Source of the DNA: Octopus sinensis | Lineage: Eukaryota | Reading direction: 5' to 3' | NCBI RefSeq assembly: GCF_006345805.1 | Contig: NC_043000.1 | Coordinates: 109,926,001-109,990,000, forward strand | DNA length: 64,000 bases | In this document: positions 39,401 to 53,403 of the stretch, one piece after another | How positions within the stretch are numbered: the first letter of the stretch is position 1 | Layout of the letters: every line of letters starts with the position of its first letter | Translations under genes and position numbers: made by a program | The notes under the pieces: model-generated | The model's database searches: none | Seen by the model: only the letters and a program-made list of their open reading frames with translations | What the model was told of the DNA's origin: nothing

Positions 39401-39964
39401 GAGATAAAGGGAAGTTAGTGATGGGCTACGAGAACAAACTTTCAAGGTGTTTCCCTTATAAAACAACATACCACAAAAACCCTTGAAAAGACCCCAACAA
39501 ATACCTTTCAGTCAATGTCTACACACACCAACACTGCCTTCTGCAGAGAAAAGAGACTTTTTAATTGAAGATAACGAGCCTTAATCAGCATAGAATCAAC
39601 TACTTAATCTAGGCAAATATTTACCTATAAAATATAGTCAGGTGGCTCCATAGAAAGATAGTTCTCACTTTGATTGCACTTGATGGATAATTCTCTCTCT
39701 CTCTGCTGTGATCAATAAGAGGTCAAGTCAGGTGAAATCTTCTGCGTATTGATTGATCTGCAACTCAAAGCTAAGCTGTTGTTTCGTATTCCCCACCCAC
39801 TTTTTTTTTTAGTCTCTTTCTCCAGCGATTTTCTTTGCAAATCAGGCAGTGTTTGTTCTGCCTACAATGTAGATAAGACTTGTACCACACGTGTCACAAC
39901 ATTAATTATTCTCTTCTTACATACACACACACACTGTATAATGTTTTTATAGGTATGCATTTTG

Positions 39965-39967
39965 AAA

Positions 39968-40017
<50 letters not shown>

Positions 40018-40076
40018 GTATTTTATATATGGGCGTGTGTATGTATACATATGTAATGTATATGTATTTTATATAT

Positions 40077-40120
<44 letters not shown>

Positions 40121-40179
40121 GTATTTTATATATGGGCGTGTGTATGTATACATATGTAATGTATATGTATTTTATATAT

Positions 40180-40224
<45 letters not shown>

Positions 40225-40332
40225 GTATTTTATATATGGGCGTGTGTATGTATACATATGTAATGTATATGTATTTTATATATGGGTTTATATATATGTA
40301 TATATATATATATATATAATATATATATATAT
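39965..40332. repeat. Three ~100 bp tandem units separated by (TA)n
   Basis: aaaaaatgtattttatatatgggcgtgtgtatgtatacatatg recurs at about 40011, 40113 and 40218. Confidence 0.9.
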
Positions 40333-40443
40333 AATAAATATAAGGGTAGCAAAATATTCTCCGCTACCAGCGGTCCAGTGAGAGAGAAAAGGTAGTCAAA
40401 GACTATATAATATACATTCAAAAATATAAGGAATGGCCATAAT

Positions 40444-40598
40444 AGGACATTCGACTCACTAGAAAGAGCAGCCAAACTCAAACCGCTAATAGTTGTAATT
40501 CTGAAATTGAAAGAGAAATAAAAACGTTTACCCTTTCATCTCTGCAGAATTACAACTATTAGCGGTTTGAGTTTGGCTGCTAGTGAGTCGAATGTCCT
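40444..40598. repeat. Inverted repeat (54 bp stem, 6 nt bulge, 41 nt loop) in a TA-flanked element
   Basis: aggacattcgactcactag(aaagag)cagcc...gtaattctg pairs with cagaattac...ggctgctagtgagtcgaatgtcct. Confidence 0.9.
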
Positions 40599-41089
40599 TT
40601 TATATATATATACACACACAAGCACATTCACATATAAAATATATATATACAATACATATATGCAAGTGTGTGTGTTTATATACAAGCATACATGTGTGTG
40701 TGCACACTTGGCAACCCTGGTTGCCTACCGAGGAACATAAAAAGAACTTTCTTTTCAACTCATCTTTCTTTGATAAAGAAAGCAAAATCCACACCCTTCC
40801 GACTCAATAAACTACGATTATTCCTGAAAGTTTTTTTTTTTTTTATATTCTCTACGGATTGCTTAAAGCTGACTTTCTCCCTACACCTCGATCCCTGGAT
40901 CTTACATCTATCTATCTATCTGTCTGCCTATCTATCTATCTATCTATCAATACACACACACACAAGTAGTAGCATGTAATGAATAAATGTATACATGTAA
41001 ATGATAGAGACCCCCTCCACACACACACACACATGCACAATAAGAAAAGAGAAATAGAGAGAGAGAAAAAAGTGGGGTTGGGGTGGTGG

Positions 41090-41480
41090 CAAGAGCGAAG
41101 TGTCTGTAACAAGCTTCACAACACCTGGCGATCAGGTATTTCAAAGTCAATGAAGTTGACTCTTTCTTCAAGGCTTGTATTGAAAGAATCCTTTTCTACA
41201 GAGCTGAAACCTACACTTTGAAGAAAGAACTTCAAAGACACCATGATGGTACACATGCTAAGATTCTCTTAAGAACTTGAAATACCTCATGGTGTGAACC
41301 AAAGACCAAAGTGGTCAGCTATGGAAGCATTCCATCCAACTCTGCTATTGTTACAAGTTAGATTTGGCTGGCCACTGCTACTGTGCTGAATACCAGGTCA
41401 TAGGGATTGTTATGTTGTGGAGATTTCTGCACTCTGAGGATGAAGGCCACTTAACTACATTAGGGTTTTGGGGTTATTAG
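41090..41480 (+). mobile_element. Degenerate RTE/RTE-X RT C-terminal fragment
   Basis: FFKACIERILFYRAETYTLKKELQRHHDGTHAKILL resembles the LLYGSETWTL...DG.YTR.LR pattern; contains stops. Confidence 0.6.
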
Positions 41481-42272
41481 CTAAGACGTGCAACATGAAG
41501 TTGAGAACCAGCCTGAAGAAATGAAGAAACAAAGATTCCTGGCACGTCTTTGTTGCTGCCACTACATTGTTTAATATCTGTTGAGTCTGACTGTGAATAT
41601 GACTTTTGGCGTTTAAGAGGCAATCACATTGGACTAATTTTGGTTAAGTTAGTTTTCCGTGCAATTAATAATGAAGTCATAGATTACTAAATATCCCTAT
41701 GATGATGATGATTGTGTGTGCGTGTGTGTAGCATTTCTCGTTTAAGCACCCCATATAACCACTGACAACTTTTTTTTAACTTTTTGGGGAATTTTCAGGA
41801 AATTTTTGTGAATCTGTGTTCTGCACTCAGGAATTCATATGATTATGCAGGAAAAAAAAATTGTGCATGAGACTTAAGGGCAATTTAGCTGTTATTTTTA
41901 TTACATCTCACAACCACCTGATACCCTCCTTGTTTCTTTGTCACTCTGACGTATGTTTTTCAATATTTTTCTTGCCTTAAACTCATTTAATGGAATGATG
42001 ATACACCTAAGGGTGGTCCATCACTAGGATTTAAGCAAAAAGTTTTGACTGTCCATATTTTAAACTCTGATTTAAAAAAAAAAAGAAATAAAAAAAGCGT
42101 GGAACTTTTAGGATTTATGAGGGAGGGTGTTTTAAATTTTCTTAAAATTTTCTATTTTCATAATTGTGTGAACCCCTGCATGTAGAACACAAAATCACAG
42201 AAATTTTCTGAAAATTCCAAAAATAAAATAGTTACAAGAGGTTATATGAGGTGCTTAACCAGAATGCCTCAT

Positions 42273-42304
<32 letters not shown>

Positions 42305-42338
42305 ATCTGTAAATGTAATATGTGACAATTATTCAGTA

Positions 42339-42409
42339 GCCATGATAAAACTCAGATTTTCGGATGCCGAGGTGAAAATCTACGCTGCCATCTCTTCAGT
42401 TATCCGGCC
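42339..42409 (-). ncRNA. Degenerate type I hammerhead motif with a long stem II
   Basis: Minus strand GATAA-CTGAAGA-GATG..(imperfect 14 bp stem)..CATC-C-GAAA-aTCTGAG-TT^TTATC; adjacent to (TA)n at 42276-42303. Confidence 0.5.
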
Positions 42410-42899
42410 AGCAGAAAAAGTGCTATGAAAATTGACCATTATACAAAGGGAAATTACTGTGTGATTGACCGTTATTAAGACAAAAGAGCTATTAGAATGA
42501 CCGCTAAGTGAGGGAAGGGAGTAAAAGTAAGGGGATAAAAAGTTCATAGTATTCGCGTAAGCGTGTATGTTCATACCTACACCTGCACGCCCGCACACCC
42601 ACGTGCATGTGCCTAAAAGTATACATTCATCCACAAAGAGGAGCTTCTTCCAGTTTCTGTCAAGTAAATCCACTTTGGTTGGGCTGAAGCTTTTGTAGAT
42701 TACATTTGCTGAAGGTACTGTGCAATGGAATAGAGCCTGAAATCACTAGCTGGGAAGCAAGATTATTAACCATTCGGCCATGTCTGCCTCTTATTAATAC
42801 AAAAAGTTCTTTTATTAAGCTTCTCCAAATTGTTGATTCTTTCCTAAATTTTTTTAATGATTTTGTCCCAAACAAATTTTGAGGCCACTGAAGCATAAG

Positions 42900-43250
42900 G
42901 GACTGCAGAGAAAGAAAAGAAGGGACCCTACAAATTCAGAAGGCATCGATTTACAGAAAGCTTAAAGGATTGGATATTCAGAGACCAGAGGAAAACAAGA
43001 TGATGGTAGTGAATTCCAGAGAGCAGCAGTTTGAGGAAAGAAGCTATTTCGAATAAAAGGACTTAGGACTAAGAGGAAGGAATCTAAACAGAGAAACGAT
43101 GTTCCGGGGAAGAGAAGGCAGGTGACAAGTTTAAAGGTGTTGACAGAAGGTTCTAGATTAGAAAGTTTATCATAGCTATGAGCATAGAAATAATTGTAGA
43201 AAAGACACGCTGAATCAAAGACTCCAACCTGGTAAAAAGAAAAGGACCCA
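42900..43250 (-). mobile_element. CR1/L2-group LINE ORF2 C-terminal fragment
   Basis: Minus strand NSFFPQTAALWNSLPSSCFP at about 43005-43055, the typical FFPRT..LWNSLP motif. Confidence 0.7.
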
Positions 43251-45455
43251 CCAGCAACTCAATTCTGAATTTGATGGAATTAATTCAAATACAAAAACAG
43301 TGTTATTTCATGAGATACAACAAAAGAGTTTCTATGCTGGTGCTGTGATGGGTGGCTGTTATTTCCCTCACCATATTATCACTTCCATTTTCATGATGAA
43401 AATGTCATTGCTGCTCAAACTATCATAATACATTTCAAAATGATAGTGGCATATAATAATAATAATAATAATAATACATATAATATAGAGGTGCAGGCAT
43501 GATTCTGTGGTTAGGAAGTTTGCTTCCCAACCACATGTTTTCAGGTTCAGTCCCACTGTATGGTACTTTAGGCAAGTGTCTTCTACTATAGCCCCAGACA
43601 GACCAAAACCTTGTGAATTCAGTAGACGGAAACTGAAGGAAGCCTCTGTGTGTGTAGATGTGTCTCTTTATCTTGATATGATGTTGTTGTTGTAAATGAA
43701 TGAGAGTCACTTTCAGTATTCTTTGAAAACATGTCAAACCACAGTGAAATATTTATTACTCTGCTTGGAAATGGGTAGGACTTGGCAACAGAAAAGGCAT
43801 CTCGCTGTACAACTAATCTGCCTCAATAAACTCTGACCAATGCAGGCATGGAAAAATGGACATTAAAACTATGATGTTAATTATTTCTCTTGGGGCCACA
43901 GAATGTTAAAAGAATTACTTTTGGTGAGGAATCGTTTAGTCACCTGGATAGAATAGCAGTCGATGCTTCACATGAATATTATTGGTTTTTAATTTTCAGA
44001 GTTGATCCTAGCAGCATTTGAACTCAAAGTATAGCCAGACGAAGTTAAACAAAATTTGTCAGGTACTCTAATTATTTCAAAAATCACTTTTCTGCTTCCA
44101 GTTCTGACCTACGATCACGCAACGTAATCAATAGCCAGAATCAATAACCTTTAATCAATAATATGAATACAGTGAAAGACAAATTAACGAAGAGATTAGT
44201 GAAGTCAAATGTAACGGAAATAAACAAAAACGAAAATTGAACCAATAAATATCTGATTGTGTAAAAACAGAAAATAACGATTGGGAATTTGTGGTGATCA
44301 AGTTAAAGGGTTAATGATGTGTTAATACATCACTCGCTCTGCCCTCTGCTCCCAACGAACATACTTAACTCTCAGCAATTAATCTAGTTTGTGTAATGAA
44401 CTGTAAATTAGTTTAATGATTTATTGTTGTTGTTAAGAAGCAGGAACATAATTGCACTGGTGGGTGGTGAGTTCAAATCCTTTCATGAAACTGGAGAATG
44501 TCATGGGGGAATTTACTGCCTGAAACAACTCTCTTAAATCAGTACACCTGGTTCGTCGCCATCGCCCCTACCCCCACCCCTGTCCCCAGTTATCATCCAT
44601 ACCACTACTTCCGCTCCCATTACTACCATCATCACTACCACTACTATTACTATCATATTTGTTGTTATCCTCATCACTGCTCCTGACACCTCCACCACCA
44701 CCCATAAAGGTAAGGTATCATTGGAAAATGGTCTTCATGTAGTGATTCTGTGGCACATTACAGTGCTATGGTTTCCAGTTGCCTTCTCTGGACCTTAATG
44801 ACCAGTTGGAACTTGGTCTCTACAAACCAATGAATCTCATAAATTTTATTGTGCTGTTGTTCATAATGGTGAATTGATCCTCTTATCCTGCCGTTTCTTT
44901 TGCTGCCAGTAAGTTTGGGCCATTTTCAGGTTTAAGTATCCTAGTTCTTGACACAATGCAGCAAACATGTGCAACATGTGTTCTAGCAAGAATAGAACGA
45001 GTCAGTTGGGTTGCAGACACTGTTTGGCCGCTGATGGTTTAGCATGGCCGACTGGACATTCAGCCTGTTTTGGTAACAGTACTTTTTGGCACTGATGCTA
45101 AACATACACACACGTATATACAATGGCTTCCTCACAGTTTCTATTTACCAATTCACTCACAAGCATATTGGTTGGCCCAGGATTATTGTAGAAGACAGCT
45201 GCCCAAGTATTCAGGGTACTGTGCAGTGGAACTGAACCTGAAATCAGGTGATTACAAAGTGAGCATCTTAGCCCCACTGTCATGCCTGCATCTGTAGTTA
45301 ATCAAGAAAACAACATGGCTTGCTAATTATGGTGACCAGCTGTAGTATATGTCATACTGTTAATGAGGGTCTACATGTTGGGGTTGCCATATTGTGTGAC
45401 ATTCTTTTTTGTAGATACATACACACAACAATTACAGAACTCAAACATAAATCAA

Positions 45456-45498
<43 letters not shown>

Positions 45499-45539
45499 TG
45501 AAGATTTTGAATTTAGCTTTAATTTCTGACTTATTTCAG

Positions 45540-45746
45540 TCAAATCACAGACTGTAGAGTCCACTGAATCCACAAACAGCCAATCACCCAACAGCCAGTT
45601 TCACTGCCAAGTAAATGCAACCAATCAATGTGAAGAGAATGAGATGTGTGCAGCAATAAGCACAGATAACGGTGTATGTATCTGTAAACCTGGTTTCATG
45701 AAGAATCAGACAGATAAGTGCATACCGATTTCAATCTCTCAACCTG
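45540..45746 (+). CDS. Internal exon (207 nt, phase 1-1) encoding an EGF-like Cys module of an extracellular protein
   Basis: Acceptor ttatttcag|TC and donor CCTG|gtaagt. Translation KSQTVESTESTNSQSPNSQFHCQVNATNQCEENEMCAAISTDNGVCICKPGFMKNQTDKCIPISISQP has 6 Cys with EGF-type CxCxxGF spacing and 2 N-glycosylation sequons. Confidence 0.9.
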
Positions 45747-47679
45747 GTAAGTAATTTACTTAATAACTTCTGTTGCTTCAGGCATTGTTAGGTTTTATGG
45801 GTTGGTGGCAGGGTAGGACTTATAACGCTTTTCATAACCTTTGTGAGATTCCATTGGACCTTTTGTACATTCGTTATTTTCACTGAGTACATCATCATCA
45901 TCATCGTTTAATGTCTGTTTTCCATGCTGGCATGGGTTGGACGGTTTGACTGGGGTCTGGGAAGCCAGGAGGCTGCACCAGGCTCCAGTCTGATCTGACA
46001 AAGTTTCTACAGCTGGATGCCCTTCCTAACGCCAACAACTCCATGAGTGTAGTGGGTGCTTTTTACATGCCACCAGCACAGGTGCCAGGCGAGGCTGGCA
46101 ACGGCCACAATCGGTTGGTGCTTTTTACGTGCCACCAGCACGGAAGCCAGTCGACGCTGGCAACGGCCGCCACAAGTAATTTCAAACCTCAGTTTTTCCT
46201 GCTGGTTTTTGTGACCTCTGCAATAAACTAGTTCTTTTGTGTGGAGTATTTTGCCATGAGTCTTAACATCTTTTCATTTTGACCCCAATCTTCTAAATAT
46301 TAAACCTTTTCTTCAGTTTTCCATTAAATTTTTTATCATAGCCAAAATCTTGTATGAATGTTTGTTTGCAATGGGACTGCTTTACGATCACCATAAATTC
46401 CACTTCCATTTTGGGATGATATATAAGGATAGATCAGACACAAAATGTGTTCTCTAGATGGTGTATATATACTTTATGGTTGATTCCAAACCCTTTAAGA
46501 GGTTCCATACTTCTGTGTATAGACCTCCTTATAATTACCAGTATACAGCAGTCTCTCTTTATATGAACATGATCCATTCTGGAGCCGTGTTCATTAACGA
46601 AATTGTTCATTACAGGAATAATTAAAATAACACAGATAAGAGTAATCTGTTCTTAGCCACACCCAAACTTTACACAAAGGCAATGTTTTATTTGTTCGTC
46701 TATCCATCATCACCATCATTTAACATGTTTCCTATGCTGGCATGAGTTGGATGGTTTGACAGGTGGTGGTCAACTAGGGACTGGCACTAAGCTCCATTGT
46801 CTGCCTTGGCATGGTTTCCACTCACTGGATGCCTTTCCTAATCCCAACCATCAATAGTAAAAACAGAATTCTGTGTGTTTGTGTCCATTTTTTTTTTGTT
46901 TTGCTTCTGTCATTCCATGGTTAGTCTTTCATCTAAAAAATATGAGAAATGTTATTATTTTCACTATAAAATATGAAAATTTGCAAGCTACATGAAATGT
47001 ATACACAGACATTAACAAACTATTTGTACATATTCTCCCAGCCACTAAGAGGGGCGCATAGTTAACTTGTGGCTTGTTGTTCAAATTTCACTTTGTTGAC
47101 TGAATATAATTTTCCTCAGAAAAATTGTTTGCCATACAACTTGTTCCTGCATTTGTCTATGCTCTCCCAGCGAGTTATACATTTTCATTGCCTGCTTGTT
47201 GTTCGTTGATCAAATTTCAGCTCAGTATGCAGTTTTAATTTTCTTCAGAAAAACTGTTCATTTTCCAAATTTGCTTTTTTAGAGAATCATTTGTATCTGG
47301 GTACCCAACCATGTATTTCTGTAGTCTCCAATTAACCAGTGATTGCCTTATTCAATTCCCATTTTGAGATCAAGTGTTTGAGGCATTTGTTCATAAAGAC
47401 AATCATTATTATTAAACGTGGTCTGAAAATGAAGATAATTCACTCACTATTTCCACTCCTCAAATAATGTCTGTTTTTTTTTTCTTTTTCCTCTTCATTA
47501 CAATGTGTTGTACCAGTTAAGTCATAAAAGTGCTTTGGCAAAGGTCACAAACCCATGAGATCTCAAAGCAAATAGGGGCAACACGCTCCTGTAATTACTT
47601 CTAGCTATTATGTTTTATGTAAAAACTATTCAAAATATAGACTTTCTTGCACTACAGAATATAAATTTTTAGCCAATAC

Positions 47680-47720
<41 letters not shown>

Positions 47721-50404
47721 CCAACTCCAGAGCCGCATAACCAGCCCACTCAATAGTACTTGGATCGTAGGGTGACATGCTGTGCTTGAGGAGACCTATT
47801 GAGTCAAGTACATCAAAATAAAAATAAATGGAAATTGTAATTGCGATCCCCACGCTGGTGGCATGTAAAAAGCACCAGCTGATCATGATTGTTGCTAGCC
47901 CACTCTGGCCCTTGTGCCGGTGGAATGTAAAAAGCACCCACTACACTCTTCGAGTGGTTGGCGTTAGGAAGGGCATCCAGCTGTAGAAACACTGCCAGAT
48001 TAGACTGGAGCCTGGTGCAGCCTCCTGACTTCCCAAACCCCAGTCAAACCGTCCAACCCATGCCAGCATGGTATGTGGACATTAAACGATGATGATGATA
48101 TATATGCACACACATACATACACAGATATAAGTACCATCTTGGTATGTGCAGTATGTTCTTGGACTGAAAAAGGAGGGTCATACAGACAACCTAATTTAA
48201 TTGTGCCCTTAATAAAGGGTTCATAAGTTGTCTCTGTTGACAGTTAAATGGATACTGATGAAATCCCAACATGGGATTGAAAGTAGTTCAGCTGATTTTT
48301 CTTTCTTTGTCCTCAAAGATATTTTCTAAACAGATAAGGTATTTACATCTACCAACTTTTTTGGGGGGAAAGAGGCGATTGTGCAGCTGTTTGAATGCTG
48401 ACAATTTGGCACGCCTGACTGGACATTGATTTTTGATTTTGTTTTGACACTAGAGGCACACACACGTGCACATGTGCATGCATGCAGATAGAGGGAGGGG
48501 GGGAAGAGAGATTACAGTAAATTGATTGGATATAATTGACCTAAACAGTTTCCCTCTCCTCAGATGCATAAAGAGAAACATGCTGACACACATGAACAGT
48601 GAGGGAGAGAGAGAGAAACATTAGAACGTCTGATATGAGATGAGTGTGGATTGATTTCTGATGCCAAATAAGCAACATCAAAGCAGCTGTGTCAGAATGT
48701 CTCGTGCTCAAAATTCTATCTCCGTATCCTGTAGTAAAGTATAACATTAAAACAAACTACTGTTATGGCACCAGCAATTTTAAACTATGAAGATAAGGAT
48801 TTTGTATGTAAAACTTTAAGATTTATTTAGGTGTTGACATAGGAATCTCTACGTTCTGATTCAGAGTTATCTTACGCTAAGTGTAAATCGTTCTCAGTTC
48901 CTGGTTTAAACTTTGTCTCTTATTAGTTTAGGATTGATTTAGGCACAAGTTTCAAATGAAGACAGCCTTTAGCTGTATATACATACATAATATAAGGTTT
49001 AGTTAGACAACAGGCTGGAATAGAAGCCTTGTGAGTGGATTTGGTGGAGAGAAACTGAAAGAGGCCTGTTGTGTGTGTGTACATCGTGTCAACTGTGATT
49101 AACAGCTTGGTAGCTTCCAGCATGTTTGGTTTGCAGCATGCAGTCAATTTTTATTTGCTGATAGTTCAGATGCCTGATAAAACAGTAGGTGATTTTAGAA
49201 TGTGTAATACACCAATTGTAAATAAATTGCCTTGCTATTGAAACATCTGTAGCTTGTATTGATCTGTTTTTGTGTGTGTGTGTGTTCCTGATGTTTGATA
49301 GTTGTAAATGATTGTCTGTGTTATATAAGCAGTGTCATTCATTTCCAATATTCTGTGAAACATGTCTGACCATGGGGAAACATTACCTTAGTTGGAAACA
49401 GGTGAGAGTTGGTGACAGGAAGGGCATCCAGCTATTATGGAAAGGTGGACATTAAAATGATGATGACGATAATTTGATGGTATGCTGGTATGAACATGTT
49501 ACCTGAGTGTTGGATGGTGAAGTCAGTAGACTCTTTCAGGATAGAGGAAGAAAATATCAAAAGATATGAGAAGAAATGGGGAGATTAGATCTTGAGATGT
49601 TGGAACTTCATAGATGAGATGACAGGTGGTCAAGAGATGAGATAAGAGAGGATCAAGATATCCACTGGCAAATCTGTCCTAATCACCATAGCAGATGGAA
49701 ATGGACATTAAAATATCAGTGGTGGTGGTCGTGTTGGTGGTGGCAGCTGTGAGTTTTATTGATTTTTTTCAACAATTGCACCAGCAGTTAAGCCTCTGGG
49801 ATGGTAATATGGTAAATTCTTGACAAGAATATTGGTTTATTATGTTAATAATAGAAATTATACACTGACTGATTGATGTTTTCACCAGTTATTGAAGAGT
49901 TATTCTGTCTTGTGCAAAAAAAATACTGTTATATAAACATTTATTTAACAACATCTGTTACATATCTTTACATATTTAAATCTGATTCTATTATTTTAAT
50001 TAACATAATTTTGTCATATCATTCTTGACTCTTACAGACTTTTTGGTCTGGCTTTATTTCAGTCTTGACTGACCTAATGTTTTTTTTTTGTTGGTGAATT
50101 TCTTGTAAGAATTCAATAATATGAACCAAACAGAATCCGTTATTCCATTCTATTCTAATAATTAGAAAATTACTATTTGTTAATCTCTCAATGAGAGATA
50201 TTCAGCAACAGTACTTTGTAATAAAGATTGTTTACCAACATAACATGGAAGTCCTGGTTTAGGACGAATGTTGCTGTAATTTAGCCCCAGGAGACATTGT
50301 CTCCAGTTGGCTATATGACATGATCTGTGTCCTTGTATTTTCGAACAAGAGAACCTAGCACCACCACTCAGCTCAAAACTAGATTCCCTTGCTCGAAAAT
50401 ATTG

Positions 50405-50885
50405 GTGCTCGTATGGCAAGCACTAGCATAATGAAAACAGCTGAAATGTACTGTCTTGAAAGTAATGACAGCCTTTGAGAAAGAGGAAAAAATCCTCCTC
50501 GTCAAAACAAAACTCCGGAAGAAGACCAAAACTTTCAGATAGGGACCGTTGGACCCTTACATGAATTGTTAGAAAGGATCACAAAGGTACAGCTCCCAAA
50601 ATTACTGCAAAGCTTAGTGACCAGTTCAAGAACACAGTTTCCACAAAAACTGTTCGCTGCACAAAGCCGGATTTCACGGAAGGGCTGCAATCAGAAAACC
50701 ACTACTTTCAAAAACAAATGTTGCAAAGCATTTGGAGTGGAGGGAAAACCTACCGAATTGGTCCCTAGAGCAGTGGAAGACTGTTATTTTCTTGGACAAG
50801 TCATCCTTTACCTTATTTCTGACCACTGGCCGAGTTTACCTGTGGAGACAGCCAAAAGAAGCATTTGACCCAGACTATTTTCTGC
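50405..50885 (+). mobile_element. Tc1/mariner transposase remnant
   Basis: SGRRPKLSDRD...GFHGRAAIRKPLLSK...WSLEQWKTVIFLDKSSF (degenerate WSDES motif), with frameshifts and stops. Confidence 0.85.
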
Positions 50886-52401
50886 CCTTTCATAAAATGC
50901 CATACTTATATTCTAATCTTGACAAAGAATTTATAGAAATATATGACTTGAAGATCAGGGAGTCTCTCCAGTTTAAGCCCCTACTTCTCTGCATTAAGAA
51001 GACACAGTTCTGATTTTTTCAGGCATGCAGTTAGAATATCACAGGAAAGAATCCCAAGATGGATTCTTCAAGCCGAGCCAAGTTGGCTGGAGACCAAGGA
51101 GGAGACCAAGAAGAAGATGTTTGGATAATATCCAGTTTTAGTTTGTCACATTTGGGAATCTAGCTTAAAAGTATGAGGACTATTGTTTCTGATAGGACCC
51201 TGTAGAAAAGAGACCTGAAGACTCTGTTCCCAGGACCCTCTTAGGAATAGTGGGCAGGGGAAATGGATGGAAGGATGTGTTTAAAATATAAATTTCAGAC
51301 TTAGTTTAAGTGGGGTTTTTTCTAAAATAAATTGATGATAGGTTTAAGCATCACACTGCTTTTGATATTTGTGACTCCTATTGTGATCTCACAACTCCCA
51401 TAAAGAGGTGCTTTTATCCAGGTTATGAACTATAGCATTTCATATGATATCTTGTGTGCTTGAAATGCCAACACAAAGGACCCCAGGGGGAAGTTCTGTG
51501 TACTTGTTTTCAAATTATAACAACGAAACTAATTAGTTTTGACTATTTTCTAAATGGGAGAGAATTATATAAATATAATAACTGTAAAGCAGAACATAGA
51601 TTGTGGTATAATGACGACCTGTACATAATTATGAACACGTTCATGATCAAACAAAGGACTGTGGAAATATAAATAGACTTTAGTAGTTGTGTGACAGGTT
51701 ACAAGAGAGAGAATGTAGTCAGTGAAATGTGTGGACGGAAAGGAGGCCACACACAGGCATAAACACTCATATACATATGCACACGAATGCATACACACAC
51801 GTATTGATATTGTGTGTGTGTGTAGAGAGAGAGAGAGAGTTTGTAATTTTCTATTGTGACGAACATTATTATTCAAAGTGTTTGAATGCTTTCTCCATTG
51901 AAATGCCATCTAAAAAATGCATGTTCTCTGCAAAATTGTCTTGTAATAATGGATACATATATGCTCAACTATGTAAACAGTTGAAAACACTAAACAGAGT
52001 GAGTGAGAGCCTCTCTGAAGTTGCCGTACCAGCTAGAAATAGCTGCCAAATCCTCAAATCACACCTTACTCATGTTTACTTTTATAACCTGAGATTGTGA
52101 GCCCTGAATAATTAAATCCCATAACAAAATATCTGATATTGATCTCCTTGTTCCTATGATTGCTCAGTTGGCAGAAGTGGGGGAGGGGACTGGTTTTGAC
52201 TGTAAAACCTGACATGCTTCAGTTGGTTTTCAATCGATCTTGCCAGATAAACCTTTTATAGCCACAGGTATGGCTTGCTTCCCAACCACATGCTTCTGTG
52301 TTCGGTCCCACTGCATGTTACCTTTAGCAAGTGTCTTCCAGAGTCCTGGACTCACCAAAGCTTTGTGAGTTAATTTGCTAGATGGAAAATAAAGAAATCA
52401 T

Positions 52402-52453
<52 letters not shown>

Positions 52454-52600
52454 TGTGCTAACAAGTTTACTTTTCAACCATATGGCTCCAGGTTCAGTCC
52501 CACTGAATGGCTCCTTGGCTAAGTGTCTTCTACTATAACCTTGGGCCGACCACACCCTTGTAAGTATGATAGATGGAAATTGAAAGAAGCCCACTGTGTA

Positions 52601-52635
<35 letters not shown>

Positions 52636-53403
52636 GTATGTACGTCTGTGTCCCCACCTCCTTTCTAACAACTGGTGTTGGTTTGTTTATATCCCCATAA
52701 CTTAGAGGTTCAGCAAAATTGACTGAATTAGCACCCAGTACAGCTTATTTTCCTTTGTAAATCTTTGAGTGAACTTCATTGAAACATTGCAAGATTAAAC
52801 TGAATTATCCAGTTTAGACTTTACCATTCTGTTTTCAAAAAGCCCAACACTTCCAGGTGGCATTGTTAAACAAGGTGAAGGAATAAGTCTAGCATACAAT
52901 TTGGCCTGGGTGGGATTTGAACTCAGAAGGCAGAGAGCCAGAACAGACACCACAAGATACCTGATCCCACATTCTTACAGCTCCACTGATCCATTACCCA
53001 AGATTGGTACTTTTTTCTTTTCCTCAACCTTGAAGGGATGAAAGGGCATGTTTGCCTTGGCAGGAATTGAACTCAAACCCCAGGGAGTCAGAACAATTAC
53101 TACAAAGCAACACTCTACCCAGCATTCTAATGATTTTTGTCACTTTGCTGTTGTGGTATTTATTTCAATGATTACAACAAGAATGTGAAATTTAAGTTAG
53201 GCCTGACAGGGTTTTTAGCGCACAACACGGAGCCACCAACCTAAATACCATAAATTATGGCATCCGTGACCTTTAAATAAGACTGATATATTGTGAACAT
53301 GGCATTGGTGACTGCAGCATCTATTGTTGATGGAATATTGTAGCTTAACACTCACTTGTAATAATCACTTCACACAGTCAGCCATTGTCGCTTCACAGCT
53401 AGT

